A stretch of 64,000 nucleotides of DNA from Guillardia theta CCMP2712 (taxonomy: Eukaryota > Protista > Cryptophyta). The stretch is taken from contig NW_005434669.1 in the NCBI RefSeq assembly GCF_000315625.1, forward strand, positions 757,638 to 821,637. The letters are read 5' to 3'. Within the stretch, counting starts at the first letter, position 1; each line of letters opens with the position of its first letter. Below are positions 46,912 through 59,283 of this stretch, one piece after another. Position numbers and translations under genes: made by a program. The notes beneath the pieces were generated by a model. That model was not told the origin of the DNA, ran no database searches, and worked only from the letters and a program-made list of their open reading frames with translations.

Positions 46912-49900
46912 ATGACCGTCAGGTTGGACAAGTCTGAACCAAGAGACTTCATCCTGATATCGTCGGATAGCTCCGATGACGAGAAACCCGCCCTCAACTT
47001 CTTACTGTATGGACTGTCAAGGAGTGAGCAGGATGCCTATTGCGAGGGCAGCTCCTCTTCCAATCTCGAGGTCCTGGGTCTCCCCGAGCCTGCCAGCCAC
47101 GACATGCTTACGACTGCACGGACGGCCTCTCTTTCAGAAGTCAGATGCGGACGCATCGCAATCTCAGATGAGTTCGATGAGAGCGGATCAGCAGCTGCTC
47201 ATGACCGTTCGCACCCTCCCCGACACGCTCCCACGGAAGCAGAAGAGGAGGAGTACCACTTCATTCAAGTGAAGCCAAGCAACAACAGCCAACGCCCGAG
47301 GACGCAGCAGGTGCGGAAGTCTAGCAGACCGAAGAAGCGGTCAGTGAGATATGCAGCGAGGGAGGAGAGCGCCGAGCCGGGCGCGGGAGGCGGAGTTGCC
47401 GCTGGCAAGAAGGAGCAGAAGAAGACAGAGGAAGCGAAATCTGCCCAGAGTCCCTCCAAGGGGCTCGCAGCCTCCCAGCTCGATCCGCCCACCTGCTCCT
47501 TCTGCAAGAAACCCTTCAAGAAGGGAGCAGGGCCGGAAGGGGGGGGGAGACTGCTGGGGCCGATCGGAGTGAAGATGGACGTGTATGTTCATGAGTATTG
47601 CGCGTTGTTCTCTCCGCAGGTTTACTTCAACCGGGAGATCACCCCTGATACAGACGTGCTGCGCAACCAGGATCTTGATGGTGAGTGAGTGCTGATGGAG
47701 AGCAATGCCTGTTGCTGCTGGCTGATCGGTTGTTCGTGCCTGGTTGTATCCCTTGAGGGTTGTGTACTACACCCCGCACACCCCTCCTTTTCCGCCATCC
47801 CAGTCTTCCCCTTGCCGTGTTCGAGCAGGTTATGACACGCCGAGCAGAGAAGTCGATTCGCTCAGAGCTCCGGAGGTCCAACGGGTTGAGATGTGCCCTC
47901 TGCAACCTATCTGGAGCCTCCATCGGCTGCTACATATGCTCGCAGAAATCTTATCACTTTCCCTGTGCGCAGGTGTTTATTCTTGCTCCGCTCCCCTTCC
48001 CCGCTCTCTTCCTTCCTTCTCTAGATCGTCTTGCTCCCTCGTCCTTCGTTTCCTTGTCGTCATCCTTCTCCTCTCCTTGCCCTTGACATCGTTTCTTATA
48101 GCGGGCTGGGCTGGTCGAGTGGCATTGGTGGGAGAATCATGGCGAGAGGATCGTGCACTGCCCTGCTCATCGAGATCCTCTTTGCGAGGTCTAGACTCCT
48201 GCTCTTCCCTTCTGCTCCACCTCCACCTCCAGCTCCTCTTGCTCTCTTTGTTTGTTCATCCTTCTCGTTGCTCTTCTTTCACCTCTTGCCGGTCCTCTCC
48301 TCGTTCTCATTCTGCTCTATCCTTGTCCTCTCCTCTTGACGTGTTCTGGTCTGCCTCAGGTGTGGTGGTCGGGCGACGACTCGTTCCCCGAGCAAGGATG
48401 GTTTCCTTGCGCGGTGGTCGACGGGCCAATCGAGGGGCATCTGACTGTCCTCTACTCCACCCCCCCTTGGGGCGAGGAGAGACTCAATATGCGTGCAGTC
48501 AGGATAAGATTTCCTGTGAGGAGGAGGGAATGAAGAGAGGAGGGGGAGGAAGGAGGAGGTGTTAAGAGTGTGAAAGGGAGGGAGCGGGGAGAAGGGATCC
48601 TTGTTAAGGAGTCTGCAGAAATTCTGATTCCTCGATTTTGTTTAGGAGAGTCCTCCTGTTGGCTGTACAAGATGGCAAGCGTTCGCGGATTTGTTTGGCG
48701 AAGAAGGGTGAGAAGAAGAGATAGGAGAGGGGGGGGAGAATGGCATGCTGCAACGTTGAGGAGAGTCCTCACGGGGAGGGCAGAGGCTGAGGATGGAGCA
48801 GGAAAGAGACGAGATTTGGGGAAGGAGAGGTCAAAGGAAAGAGGGTAGAGAGGGGACACGGAGGGTCAAGACAGAATCTTTCCAGTGACCGGGGAGGCAG
48901 GAAATACGATGCGGACAAGAACACCATGGAGAGCAAGCTGAACGACCTCTTGCCGTTGGCAATCGGGTCAAGGCTGGGGAGGAGGAATGCCAAGAGGAGC
49001 AGGACAAGAGAAGACATCTGCTTCAGAGAGTACTGCGCCTGCGAGAACGAGACCCCCAAGAGCCTGGCTAGGAAGTTTGCGGTGGACCTCAAGGAGTTGA
49101 TGGAGCTGAACGTCTCGCGATTCCCCGAGCTCGTCCCGAGCTCTCGTTTCAGGAAGAATACCATCGTCCTTATCCCCACGAGCCCCGCCATGTCGGCGCC
49201 GCTCAGCGGGGAGCTGATGGTCCAGGAGTACTTTGTGGAGGAGGATGAGACTCCGAGGTCGATCGCCAAGAGGCTCAAGGTCGACGTGAACATCGTCCTC
49301 GACTTCAACAGGAGCTTGTACCCCAGGATCACTCCCAACTTCAAGCTGCCGCGCAACTCCGTCCTCCGTGTTCCCGCCCTCTACTCCAACGATCCTCCGT
49401 CCTCCCCCCCCTCGATGGCTAGTCGCTTCTCCAAGGGTGCTGGGGGAGTGCGGTCGCACACAAGTGCCCTGCTTCACATCCTATCCAAGGATTGTTTGTA
49501 CCAGGTTAGAGAGGAGAGGATGCGTCTTTTGAACCCTCTCCTTCTCTTCCACTCCCCTCCTTCTCTCTCGCCTTGGTGCATTGTTTTCATGCATTTCGTC
49601 TCCCCCTTTTCCCGTCTCTTTCTAGTTCCCCATACTTTTTCTGATCCTGATCCTCATTCTGATCCTCGTCCTCGTCCTCATCCTCGTCCTTGTTCATGTT
49701 GATGTACTTTCCTCTTTCTCAGATTGCCAGCAAGCTCGGGTCGGACGAGTTTCTCTTTCGCTTCCTCCTGAGCTCCAAGCAAGTTTCAAGGGTCTTTGAT
49801 GAGATGCCATGGTGCGTGTGGAGGGATGGCAAGGGGAGAGAGCGGAGAGGGGAGGTTGTTAGTATTGAAGAAGATGTCACCTGATACATTTACGTTACTT

Positions 49901-52690
49901 GAGGTCGTTGAGCTGGTTCTGAGTCGAGCTATGATGAGTGAATTTATTGACCAGCATCTTGACTGTGATGACTGCAGCATTTGGAGGCATATCTTCCGGT
50001 GTAAGTTCGGCACTGAGATGGAAGATCAGATTGAGGTTGGAGTGTGTTTCAATTGTGATCATTGTTTTCATCTGCCGCGTCTTTGTCTTCTTTCTCGTCT
50101 TGATCTTCGTCATTATGATTCTATCATCGTCACTGTTCTCATCAATACCACTACTACCTCCATATTCGTTTTCATCATTAAGAGTATCACAAACATGATC
50201 TCCAACCTTGTCATCTTCATCATTTTGCTGCCGTTTACCTCATTTGTTTTCATTTCTTGCTGGTGTATTGACGTCGTTGTGGTACCTTACTAAACGCTTC
50301 TCTGCTCAGTCAGGGGATGGTTTCAAATCGACAGTATCAGCTACAAGTAACGCTGGTAGACTAGAAGAGAAATTGTTCTCTTTCAGCTCACTTGTTTCCG
50401 GCAGAAAGCGCAAACTGCTCGGACGCTTGTTCGGCGAGGTAGGATGATTGAAGTGCTTCTGCTCCTGTCACCAGCTGTGTCTCTCTTCTTCCTCCCGCCC
50501 TCAGCCTCCTCTTCTCTTTCTTTTCCTCACATCGTTCTCTGTCTTCCCTTCGCTGCATGGACCCGATGGATCTGATTTGTGTCTTTCTTCTCTGCAGAAC
50601 AAATGAGCTCGCAGAAGAAGAAGACAACGGAGGTGACGATCGTACACGATTTTCTATCTCTTTCCTGTATTCTGTATGCTGTATCCTCTATCTCTTTATC
50701 TGTCTCTGTCTCTGTCTCTGTCTCTGTCTCTATCTTTAAATTTTTCCGTCTCTCTACCTGTGTGTTTCTTTCCCCCTGCTGATGCTCCTCACGCGCTCGC
50801 AGATGATTCTGCAGCATCTAGCAACGACGACAACGTGATGATGAGTATGGCCACTTGATTTCCCGCACGTGTCAAGTTTTCTCACTGCCAAGTCAGTCGC
50901 CTCGACAGCAAACCTGATGCAGCTGTTCGACTCCTGGTTCAAGGACGACACGCTCTTCGAGCTGAGGAAACGACTTCTGCTGTCTCCTCGGCAGGAGAGT
51001 GACTCTGAGCGCAGGCTGGGCAAGGGGAAACGCTTCCAGGGAATTATCGACTCCAATGGGACTATCTTCAATATCTCCTCCTCCTTCTCCTCCTCTTGCT
51101 CCTCCGAGCATACCCAGATGTTCAGAGATGCGATGGAGTGGTACCGGCACTGCCAGGTAGTCAACTGTACTATTTTGCTCCCCTTCCACCCCTTCTCCTC
51201 CACGCTCTTGCTCCCCTTCCTGATCTTCTCTTCCACCTGATCTCCTCTTTATCATCTCTTCCACCTGATCTCTTCATCATCCCCGTTTCACTGTTGTGAT
51301 GCTTCTCCCCGCCCCTCCCTCCCTCCTGCTTCAACCTTGTGACTGGGCTACAGCAACTGACGAAGCAGAAGACACCGAGGGGGGTGAGGGGGAGAAAGGT
51401 CCATGTCATGTGTCGAGCTAAGTCTTTTGGCAGGAGGTGAATCTGAAGCAGTACATCTTCTTCAAGAACCAGAGCTTGGCAGACTGCGAGAAGTTGTTTC
51501 AGCAGCACCCTGTAGAGCAATGCATGCAGCTGATAGCAGAAAGAACGGGCGGGGAGGCTGCAGAGGAGATAGAGGAAGGCAAAGACGAAGGAGATGGAGG
51601 AGGAGGAGGAGGAGGAGGAGGAGGAGGAGGAAGAAGAGAGAGAGTAAGGGATGTGTCGGGGGTGCAGCAGCCATGTGCTTCCCTGCCGCAGACAGCAGCA
51701 AGCATACCCACCACGGATTACAAACAAGCGTACAAGTATTACAAGGAGATGAGCCTGTGGCATATCGCCGACCCGTACAAGGCGGGAGGAAGGAGGGGAA
51801 AGGAGGGAGGAAGGGAGGGAGAGACTCTAACAGGAGCCTCACTTTCTTCTTCCTATGAAAAGTTCAAGATGAAACTGCAGCATTCTTGTTGTGGTACCAT
51901 CCTCTCGAGAGATCGGCGAGAAGTCAACAAGCCTGTGTCTGAAGACTGCACGTGCATTGCAGGTGATAACATCTCCACCGTTGTCTCCTTCTTTCTTTCG
52001 TTTCTTCTTCTCTCCTCCTTTCTCTTTGTGTTTTGGCCTTGTCCCTCACCACATTACTGCTGATGGTATTCACCTCATCTCTTACACTTGTCATTTCAGG
52101 GCTTCTCAACGAGATTGGCTTCCGTCGCGGAGCTCATCTCTGGTTTATCAAATCCCGTCAGATGAATCCAGGAGCGACGAACGAGCGGTCGTCCTTCGTA
52201 GTGGGTGAGGAGTAATATCGGAGGAAGCTGCTTCTCGCTGTTGCCATTTGTTCGTATGCGTTCTCTTGACTCACCGGGATCAGGAGTTGTCACCGAGCAA
52301 AGAAGTCCAGGTCGAATCTTCTTGGGTTGCGAGCTGCAGGGCTGCGGCTTAGGTAAGTTCTCACTTCCTTAACAACCCTAGTTCGCCCCCTCCTCCCTCC
52401 TGCTCTCGTCTCCTTGTCTCCTCGTTTCGTCGCCTCCTCTCCTTGTCTTCTCCTTTCTTCTTCCCTTCTTCCCTCCCTTTTACATCCTCGACAGGTTTCG
52501 CATACCAGGGGAGCTCGGGGGACATATTCATGACAGGCAGAGAGAACAAGACCTACGGTAAGCGCTGGAACTCCGGTTCTTCCTCTTCGTCGTCATGCCT
52601 TTGCCCTTGTCATTCTTGTTCTCGCTCACCTTTTCTTCCTCCTCTCGTTCCTGTTCCTGTTCCTGTTCCTGTTCCTGTTCCTGTTCCTCA

Positions 52691-52738
<48 letters not shown>

Positions 52739-54246
52739 TCCTGTTCCTGTTCCTCCTTCTCTTCCTCTTGCCTTCTTGTTCGTCTCGTTGCCCTTCCAAC
52801 TCGTTCCATCCCGTTGTTCTTCCTCCTCCCATTTCTCATCAGCCCGGGCAGGCGTCAAGTTCATGGCTGGAGACAGCGTGGGTGTCTTGCTCGACTGCGA
52901 TCAGAAGAGACTTTCCTTTATAGTGGAAGGGGTGAGTGTGGACGAGGAGGGGGAGAGGAGAGATGGTAGCGGATGATGGGGATGGTACAGCCAAGGTTGG
53001 GATGAGAGGCAGGAGTGGTAGAAAGAATGGTAGAACGAAGAGAAGGAGAAGGAAGAGGTGGGAGAGGAAGAATATGAGGAAGAGGAGGAAGAGAAGGAGG
53101 AAGAGGAGGTGGAAGAGGAGGAAGAGGGAGAGGAATATGAGGAAGAGGAGGAAGAGAAGGAGGAAGAGGAGGTGGAAGAGGAGAGGGAGAGGAAGAGGAA
53201 GAGGAAGAGATCTGTGCTTTTCTTATATGGCGTGGCAGGTGCCTCAAGGGATCGCCTTTGATGACTTACCCGAGGGCTCGAGCTTCTGGCCAGCTGTAAG
53301 AGATGAGAAAGGACGAGGCGAGAGGAGGCAGGGGAGAGTGGATGAGGAGGAGAAAGAAGGGAGTTGGGAGGAGAGAAGGGGAGTAGGATGAGGTGATGGG
53401 AGATGTGAAGGAGGAGGAGGAGGAGGAGGAGGAGGAGGTTAAGGAGTGATCTGCAGGTGGGTCTGCATACAGAAGGAGTGATCATATCGATTGAGCACAA
53501 GAGCGCGGCAGCTTTCCTGGAGAAGAGGAGGAAGGAGCTGGAGGAGCTGGTGGTGGGGAGGAGAATAAAAAAACAGGTGAGATAATGTTGAAGACAAAGT
53601 GGGATGTTCGCAGAAAGTGGTGCAAGTAGAGGCTTTAGGGGAGAGGAGGAGGACGTGCCGGTGTGTGTGTGGGGGGGGAGGGTAAGAGAGGGGAATGAAG
53701 ACATAGGTGATCTGTTTTAACTGACACTTTCCAAGTTCCCCGACGGCGTTTGGCGGAATGGAAAGGTGAGCAACGAATGGCTGCAATCAAGGGAGAGGGG
53801 AAGCAAAGAGAGGAAGGGATTTTGGAAGATCGTGGACAAAGAGAAGGGAATGGGGAGGAAAGGGATGAGTGGAGGGAGGGTAAAGAGGGATCGAGGATGA
53901 GGAGGGGGGGGAGGAGAAGGTTGCAGCTAGAATGCGATCAGGGGATTGACACCAGCTTGCAGATCAAGGAAAAGTTGAGTGAAGAGACCTTCATGGTAAA
54001 ATCACACTGACATCTTTTGATTCCGTTTTCTGTTCCTCTTCTTCGAGCTCTTTCTCTTCGTCGCGATTTTCCTCAGCCTGTCCCTGCCTGTCTTTTGCTC
54101 TCCCGCTCTTTCCCCTCCATCAACTCTCCTTCCCCTTCACTCCTCTATCTTACCTGTCGCAGGTTCGCTTTGACGGCGGGCAGGACCTGCAAGTTCGCTG
54201 TGGGGTGGAGGACGGGGTGGAACTTCTGGCCGACGAGGCCCAGTGA
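46912..54246 (+). CDS. Large multi-exon chromatin-type protein: extended PHD + Tudor-like + two LysM-like repeats + SPRY
   Basis: CSFC...VHEYCALFSP...CALC...GASIGCYICSQKSYHFPCA. VWWSGD...WFPCAVV. Two ETP.S.A...VD...L..N...P..........L.IP repeats at ~49031-49375. SPRY FMAGDSVGVLLDCDQKRLSFIVEGVPQGIAF...FWPAVGL. Confidence 0.72.
52648..52753 (+). repeat. (CCTGYT)n intronic hexamer microsatellite
   Basis: Tandem CCTGTT/CCTGCT units. Confidence 0.9.
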
Positions 54247-54593
54247 CGTAGGAGCGATGACGAAGCAGGGGAAGGATAACTTGCCAGAAGGGACTGGATA
54301 GTGGAGACGACGGAAATAGGTGGAGGAGGGAGCAGGAGGAACAGATGGAGTAGGAAGTGAAGGAGGAGCAGGAGGGGCAATTTTGGGGGGGGGGGGGGGG
54401 GGGGCAGGGGGAGCCGGGAGGACTGAACAGCCGCTTCACTCGCATGCGCTATGTACAGTTAATAGTTCCTACAAGGAAAACTAAATAATAAAACCCAGAG
54501 ACCGACTCGTGAGCCTTAAGATGGGCGGAGAGAGAAGGCAGAGGGAGGAGGAGGAGGAGGGCAGGGGAGGAGACGAGGGGAGGAGGGGAGAGG

Positions 54594-57000
54594 TTACTGT
54601 GCCGCAGCTTCCTGCGCGTCAAGCGCCTGGTGCAGCCAAGTAAGAGAGCCGGAGGAGGCGATCAAAAGTTGAAGGAAGAAACGTGAGGAGGACGAGGAAG
54701 AGGGCATACGAAGGAGAGCAAGGGGCAGCGAGCGATGGGGAGAGAAGAGAGGACGAGAGAAAGCAGGGAAGCAGACAAGGGAAGTCGGAGGGGGAGGAGA
54801 CCTTGAAATATGACTGCTTCTTTCCTCTCCTCCTGATGTCAGTGGTGACGCAGTGGAAAGAGCCTCCGAACTCGAAGACGTTGCGGAAGGGGACGGGGAT
54901 CGTGTCGAAACCCTGCGAGGAGAGTTAAAGCAGGTGAGGGAAGGAGCAAGGGAGAGCTGGAGCAAGAGACGCAGAAGAAAGGCCGAGGAGAGATGGAGAG
55001 GGAAGGGGAACAGAAGAATCAGGAAGAAGAAGAGAGAGGAGGATAGAAGAGGGAGAGGGAGGGGAAGGGAGAGGGAGAAGCTGATGAGATCCTCACGTAG
55101 TCGTTGAAGAGGTTCATCATCTCCTTCTCCGTCTCCTCACAAAAGATGACTTTCTCGCTGAGGGACAGGACGTTCATGCACAGCCAAGGGGAGCACTGGG
55201 ACAGAGCGGGCATCTCCATGGTGTTGGGTTGAGCTGCTGTTATGAGCTTCCAGTCGTTCTCCTGCTCAGCAAAATCACACCTTCCTCCTCGTCCCCGATC
55301 CCTCACTTGTACTCTTCATCCCCTCCCCTTCATCCCCCTCCGCCTCTCTTGTTTGCGTGATCTTGTTCCCTGCTGCCCACTTCCTTCACCCCTCTCGGGC
55401 CTCCTTCTACCTTCTCCCGTTCAATTCTCTCCTCTCTCTACGTATCCACCCTCTCTCCGAGCGATCTCATCCTCTCATCCTCATTCTCACCTCGAAGATC
55501 CTCCTCTCAAACGGCTCCATGGGCCGAGCAGGGTTCTCGAGCGCCAGGTAAGGGCGGAGGGGGACGAACGTTGCATCGCAGTGGAAGGGGCAGAGGTCGT
55601 CGGGGAAATGCAGCATGTGCGCGCGCATGCCCCTTGAAGCGCAATGCCTCCTCAGCCACTCAAACCCAAACTCGTTGGTGGTGAATCCCATGTGAACGAA
55701 GATGTCCTTTCCGAACCTCATGATGTCCGCTGCGTCAAAGATCGGCTCCTCCTCCGACGTCAGGTATATGTAGTTGCGCACGAGCTCCTTGTTCTTGGCC
55801 GAGTAGTCTGTCGGGTAGTCTGAGCGGTAGAGGTTGTCCGCCATGAGCGGCTTTGGGGCGCAGGTCCAGAGCATGCAAGGATCTCTCTTCATGTAGTCCT
55901 TGAGAATGCCGCGGTAGCTGCAGGGGAAGCTTCAGAAAGAAGGAGGAAGAGGGACAGAGCGAGGAGGCGAGACGGAGGGGAGAGGGAGAAAGGAGGAAAC
56001 ATCAGCTTACGGGCGATACTCAAAGAAGCGCGACCGCCATGACATGGTAGCTTCGATCACTTCATTTCCTGTCACACAAAAATCAGTTCTCCCCTTTCCT
56101 TCTTCGCTGTCCAGTTTCTCCCTTCCTCCCTTGATAATCTGACCCTGTTCTAACGCTCACCAAGTGTTAGGAGAAGGTCGCGAGGGCATGCGGAGGTGTT
56201 CATTCGCGGGACCTCCCAGTCAGGCGTCTTAACGGGGACGTTGAAGTCGACGACATCAGGTCGGCGGACAACAACTCCCTCTCCCTGCCCATCACCCTTG
56301 TCAGTCTCGAAACATCCACGATTGTTGCAAGAAGAAGAGGAGCTACAAGGGACAAGGCATGTGAGGAGGAGGAGGAGGAGGTGGAGGAGGTGAAGGAGGT
56401 GGAGGAGGTGAAGGAGGAGGAGGAGGAGGTGGTGGTGGTGGTGGTGGTGGGCTAAATGACCTCGAGCAGCTCTACGAAGTAGTTCAACTGATCGTTTGCC
56501 ATCTTGATCGACTGTTCTGTCCTGTATCCTACCGAGCTGCATGTCAGGTCTAGATTAGTCACAGACCCCCCTCCTGCTACCTGTGCCCTCAAGCATGTGG
56601 ATCTTCCCAGAGTCCTTCACTTTCATCTGCGCAACTCACTTCAGCAAGGACCAGCCGGATGTTGTTTCTCGCTGCACCTCAAACGCCGGCTCTTTGGGAG
56701 GGATCACAGCCTTGTCTGCGATCCCAACGATGATCTCTTCCAAGGTGTCCCACTCATTCCATGAGTTGACCAGACCCTTCTGCGAGCACTGGTGAGACAT
56801 GGAGAAATTCGGAGGTGCAGGACACAACAAGAAAACGAGGTGAAGGGAGAGACGGTAAGAGAACATAACGCAGATCAAGGATTCAAGCATAGCACGGCAT
56901 AGGCGCTATTCACCTCATTTCCGAGGGACTTTCGAAAAGCAGAGACAGGAGCTGTCGTCTTGGTCTTCTTTGGTGCGTGTGGGTGATCGTTCTCGCTCAT
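54594..57000 (-). CDS. Amidinotransferase (L-arginine:glycine amidinotransferase family), multi-exon
   Basis: VNSWNEWDTLEEIIVG, CPRD, MSWRSRFFEY, FDAAD (catalytic Asp), FHCDATF (His), WLCMNVL, GGSFHCVTTDIRRRG (Cys). Confidence 0.92.
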
Positions 57001-59116
57001 GATGCCAGCCTGCACGAAGAGGGTTAGCAAAGGATCACTTCATTTCGATGGAACGTTGCGAATATTGTGAGCATTGTGAGTTTCATGCTACATTCACACC
57101 GAATTGCGAGCTGCTAAAAAGTTTCTAGCAAGATAATGGGTGATCCTGTTTACGGGGCGAAATATTCATTACGCAACAATGATGATGACAACAACGGAAC
57201 GGGATTGTGCCACTGGCTCCACAAAATCAAATCAAAATCTTGGGGGAGAACTGTTTCTACATATGAAAAGAGTGCATGTCGCAATGACAGTCCGTACGAA
57301 TCTCCTACAAACAAATAGTGATCCAAGGCACATGCAAGCAAATGAAACAGTCAAAACATCCTGAATAGGTTGCATTGACACATTCCGGTCACATCCGAGC
57401 ATTGGGAGATGTGATGAAAAGGCAGGAATCCAGTGGATGAGGACTGGGGGGTCCCGGGGAACGCGCAAGGAAGCTGCGATGGGATTCGAGGCGCAGCTCA
57501 CGCATTTTCATCAGTGTCAGCGCAGCGTGAGTGGTAGTTGGTACCACCATGGGGGTTGTCATGCATGGGGTAGGTCTATTCTATCCCGGGGGTAGGTAGG
57601 TTGACGGTATAGTACGGGTACTCCATTGTATAATGTGAACTTGACTTTGGGAAGAGCGTCGGGTCATCGACTCACCCACCTCGGTGATACCGGATACCTG
57701 ACCAGACCTTGGGTCCCTTCTACCAGGTAGGGGTGGTGTATACTACCAGGGGATGTTAAAAATACGATTCGGGACCAGATCACACATAGTGGGTAGGGGT
57801 GATATTTTCGATGAGGTGGGGTCATTTTCGAAGGTGGGTGGTTAGTGCATCCTAGTCCACTCTAAGGAAAGGAAGTACCCTACCCTATCTCAGGCCTCGC
57901 CTCCGATAGGGTCAATTTTAGTACCCACCCCGTGACAAAGACGCACATTTCCACCGGTCAATGCTACCGTGTACCCACCCCCAAAATTATTCAATCCCGG
58001 GTCAACACCACATTCAGGAGGTACATGGAATAGTAAATGAGGGGGTAGTGTAAAACCTCCTACCATCATTATTGGACCCCGATGGGTACCACCCCACATG
58101 TTAACAACCATAATAATCTTCCACCCCCCAAATTTTTCACCCACCCACCTCTGCTCTACTTCCCCCACATCGTTGCTCATATTTTTTGGGGGGAGGATCC
58201 CCGGACGAGCACCCCTCAAGCACCACCCCCTGCAAATTAGATGACCCGGTTTTTCTCCATCTTAATACCCACCTTTCTCTCTCGGCCGTTGATCAATGAT
58301 ACCACCCCACCTATCTTTCAAGATCTGTATATCTTGAGCCCTCGGCCCATCACAACTACCCACCCCTTCTGGCAAGATTCTTCTACACTACCCCTATCTC
58401 CCCATGTACCCCCAAAAATCAGAACCCCCTTGTGATCCGAGTTTTCATCCCGTCATTGGCCGACTTACCAGCTAAACATCTACCCTACCCAAGTACCCTA
58501 CCCTATTTCAACCGGAGGTGATGACTTAAACAGGTGTGGGGGAATCCTGGACCCACCCATGAACTGCAAAATTGTTCATTCGAGGTACCCACCTTGAGCA
58601 AAGTATGTCAATCATCACCCTACCCATGAATGTACCATCAAAGTCCTCTCTTTTCCCTACACCCCTACCCTCGCTCCCTATTCTCAGCCTCCCTTCCCTG
58701 CCTCCCTCTGCCTCCCTTTCCTCCCCTCCCCTCCCCTCCCCTCCCCCTCAGATTTCGACCTTCACGCTTTCCCCCAGTCTCTACATCCTTCGCCCTGGTC
58801 CTCTTTCCCCATGTTTCATTCACCACCCCTCCCACAAAACCATCCACCCTTCTCTCTACATCCTTCCCAAGGACCCCTCCCTCATATTGATTGTTATCCA
58901 CCCACCCTTGAGAAGCATGACCTGTCGGTCAACTTACCGAGACATAGAGAACCACCCTACCCTATCTGACCCCCCTTCGAACGCCGCCACTGTCAACAAG
59001 TCCCTCAGGGGTGGTCCGGTAAAAGTCATTGTTGATCTGTATATGGTTTTTGTACCTGATCCAAGTCTGGTACCCAAATATCTACATCTTCCCAATCAAA
59101 ACAGTACCACGGCTGA

Positions 59117-59154
59117 TTATCCTCGTACTAAATCTTTACCTAACTTTGAGTAAA
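59117..59154 (-). repeat. Dispersed intergenic element, copy 9
   Basis: Reverse complement TTTACTCAAAGTTAGGTAAAGATTTAGTACGAGGATAA, ~130 bp upstream of an ATG. Confidence 0.8.
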
Positions 59155-59283
59155 CACTGCAGCGGCAAAGGATCGGGCCCGGTGGGCCGGGTGCAGTAGC
59201 TCCGACAAAACTGCAAATACTGAAAAACTGCTGGTCCATGAGGTATATGACGAGTTCGAGTGGTCGCAAAGGCCGATCCATGG

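Noticed and set aside
52443-53704. Poly-E, (PA)n, (EQ)n and (RS)n ORFs (also 62147-63997)
   Set aside because: Translations of intronic microsatellites bounded by splice sites.
54594-57000. Saxitoxin/cylindrospermopsin biosynthetic cluster
   Set aside because: No PKS/NRPS, sxtA-like or tailoring genes nearby; an amidinotransferase alone is not diagnostic.
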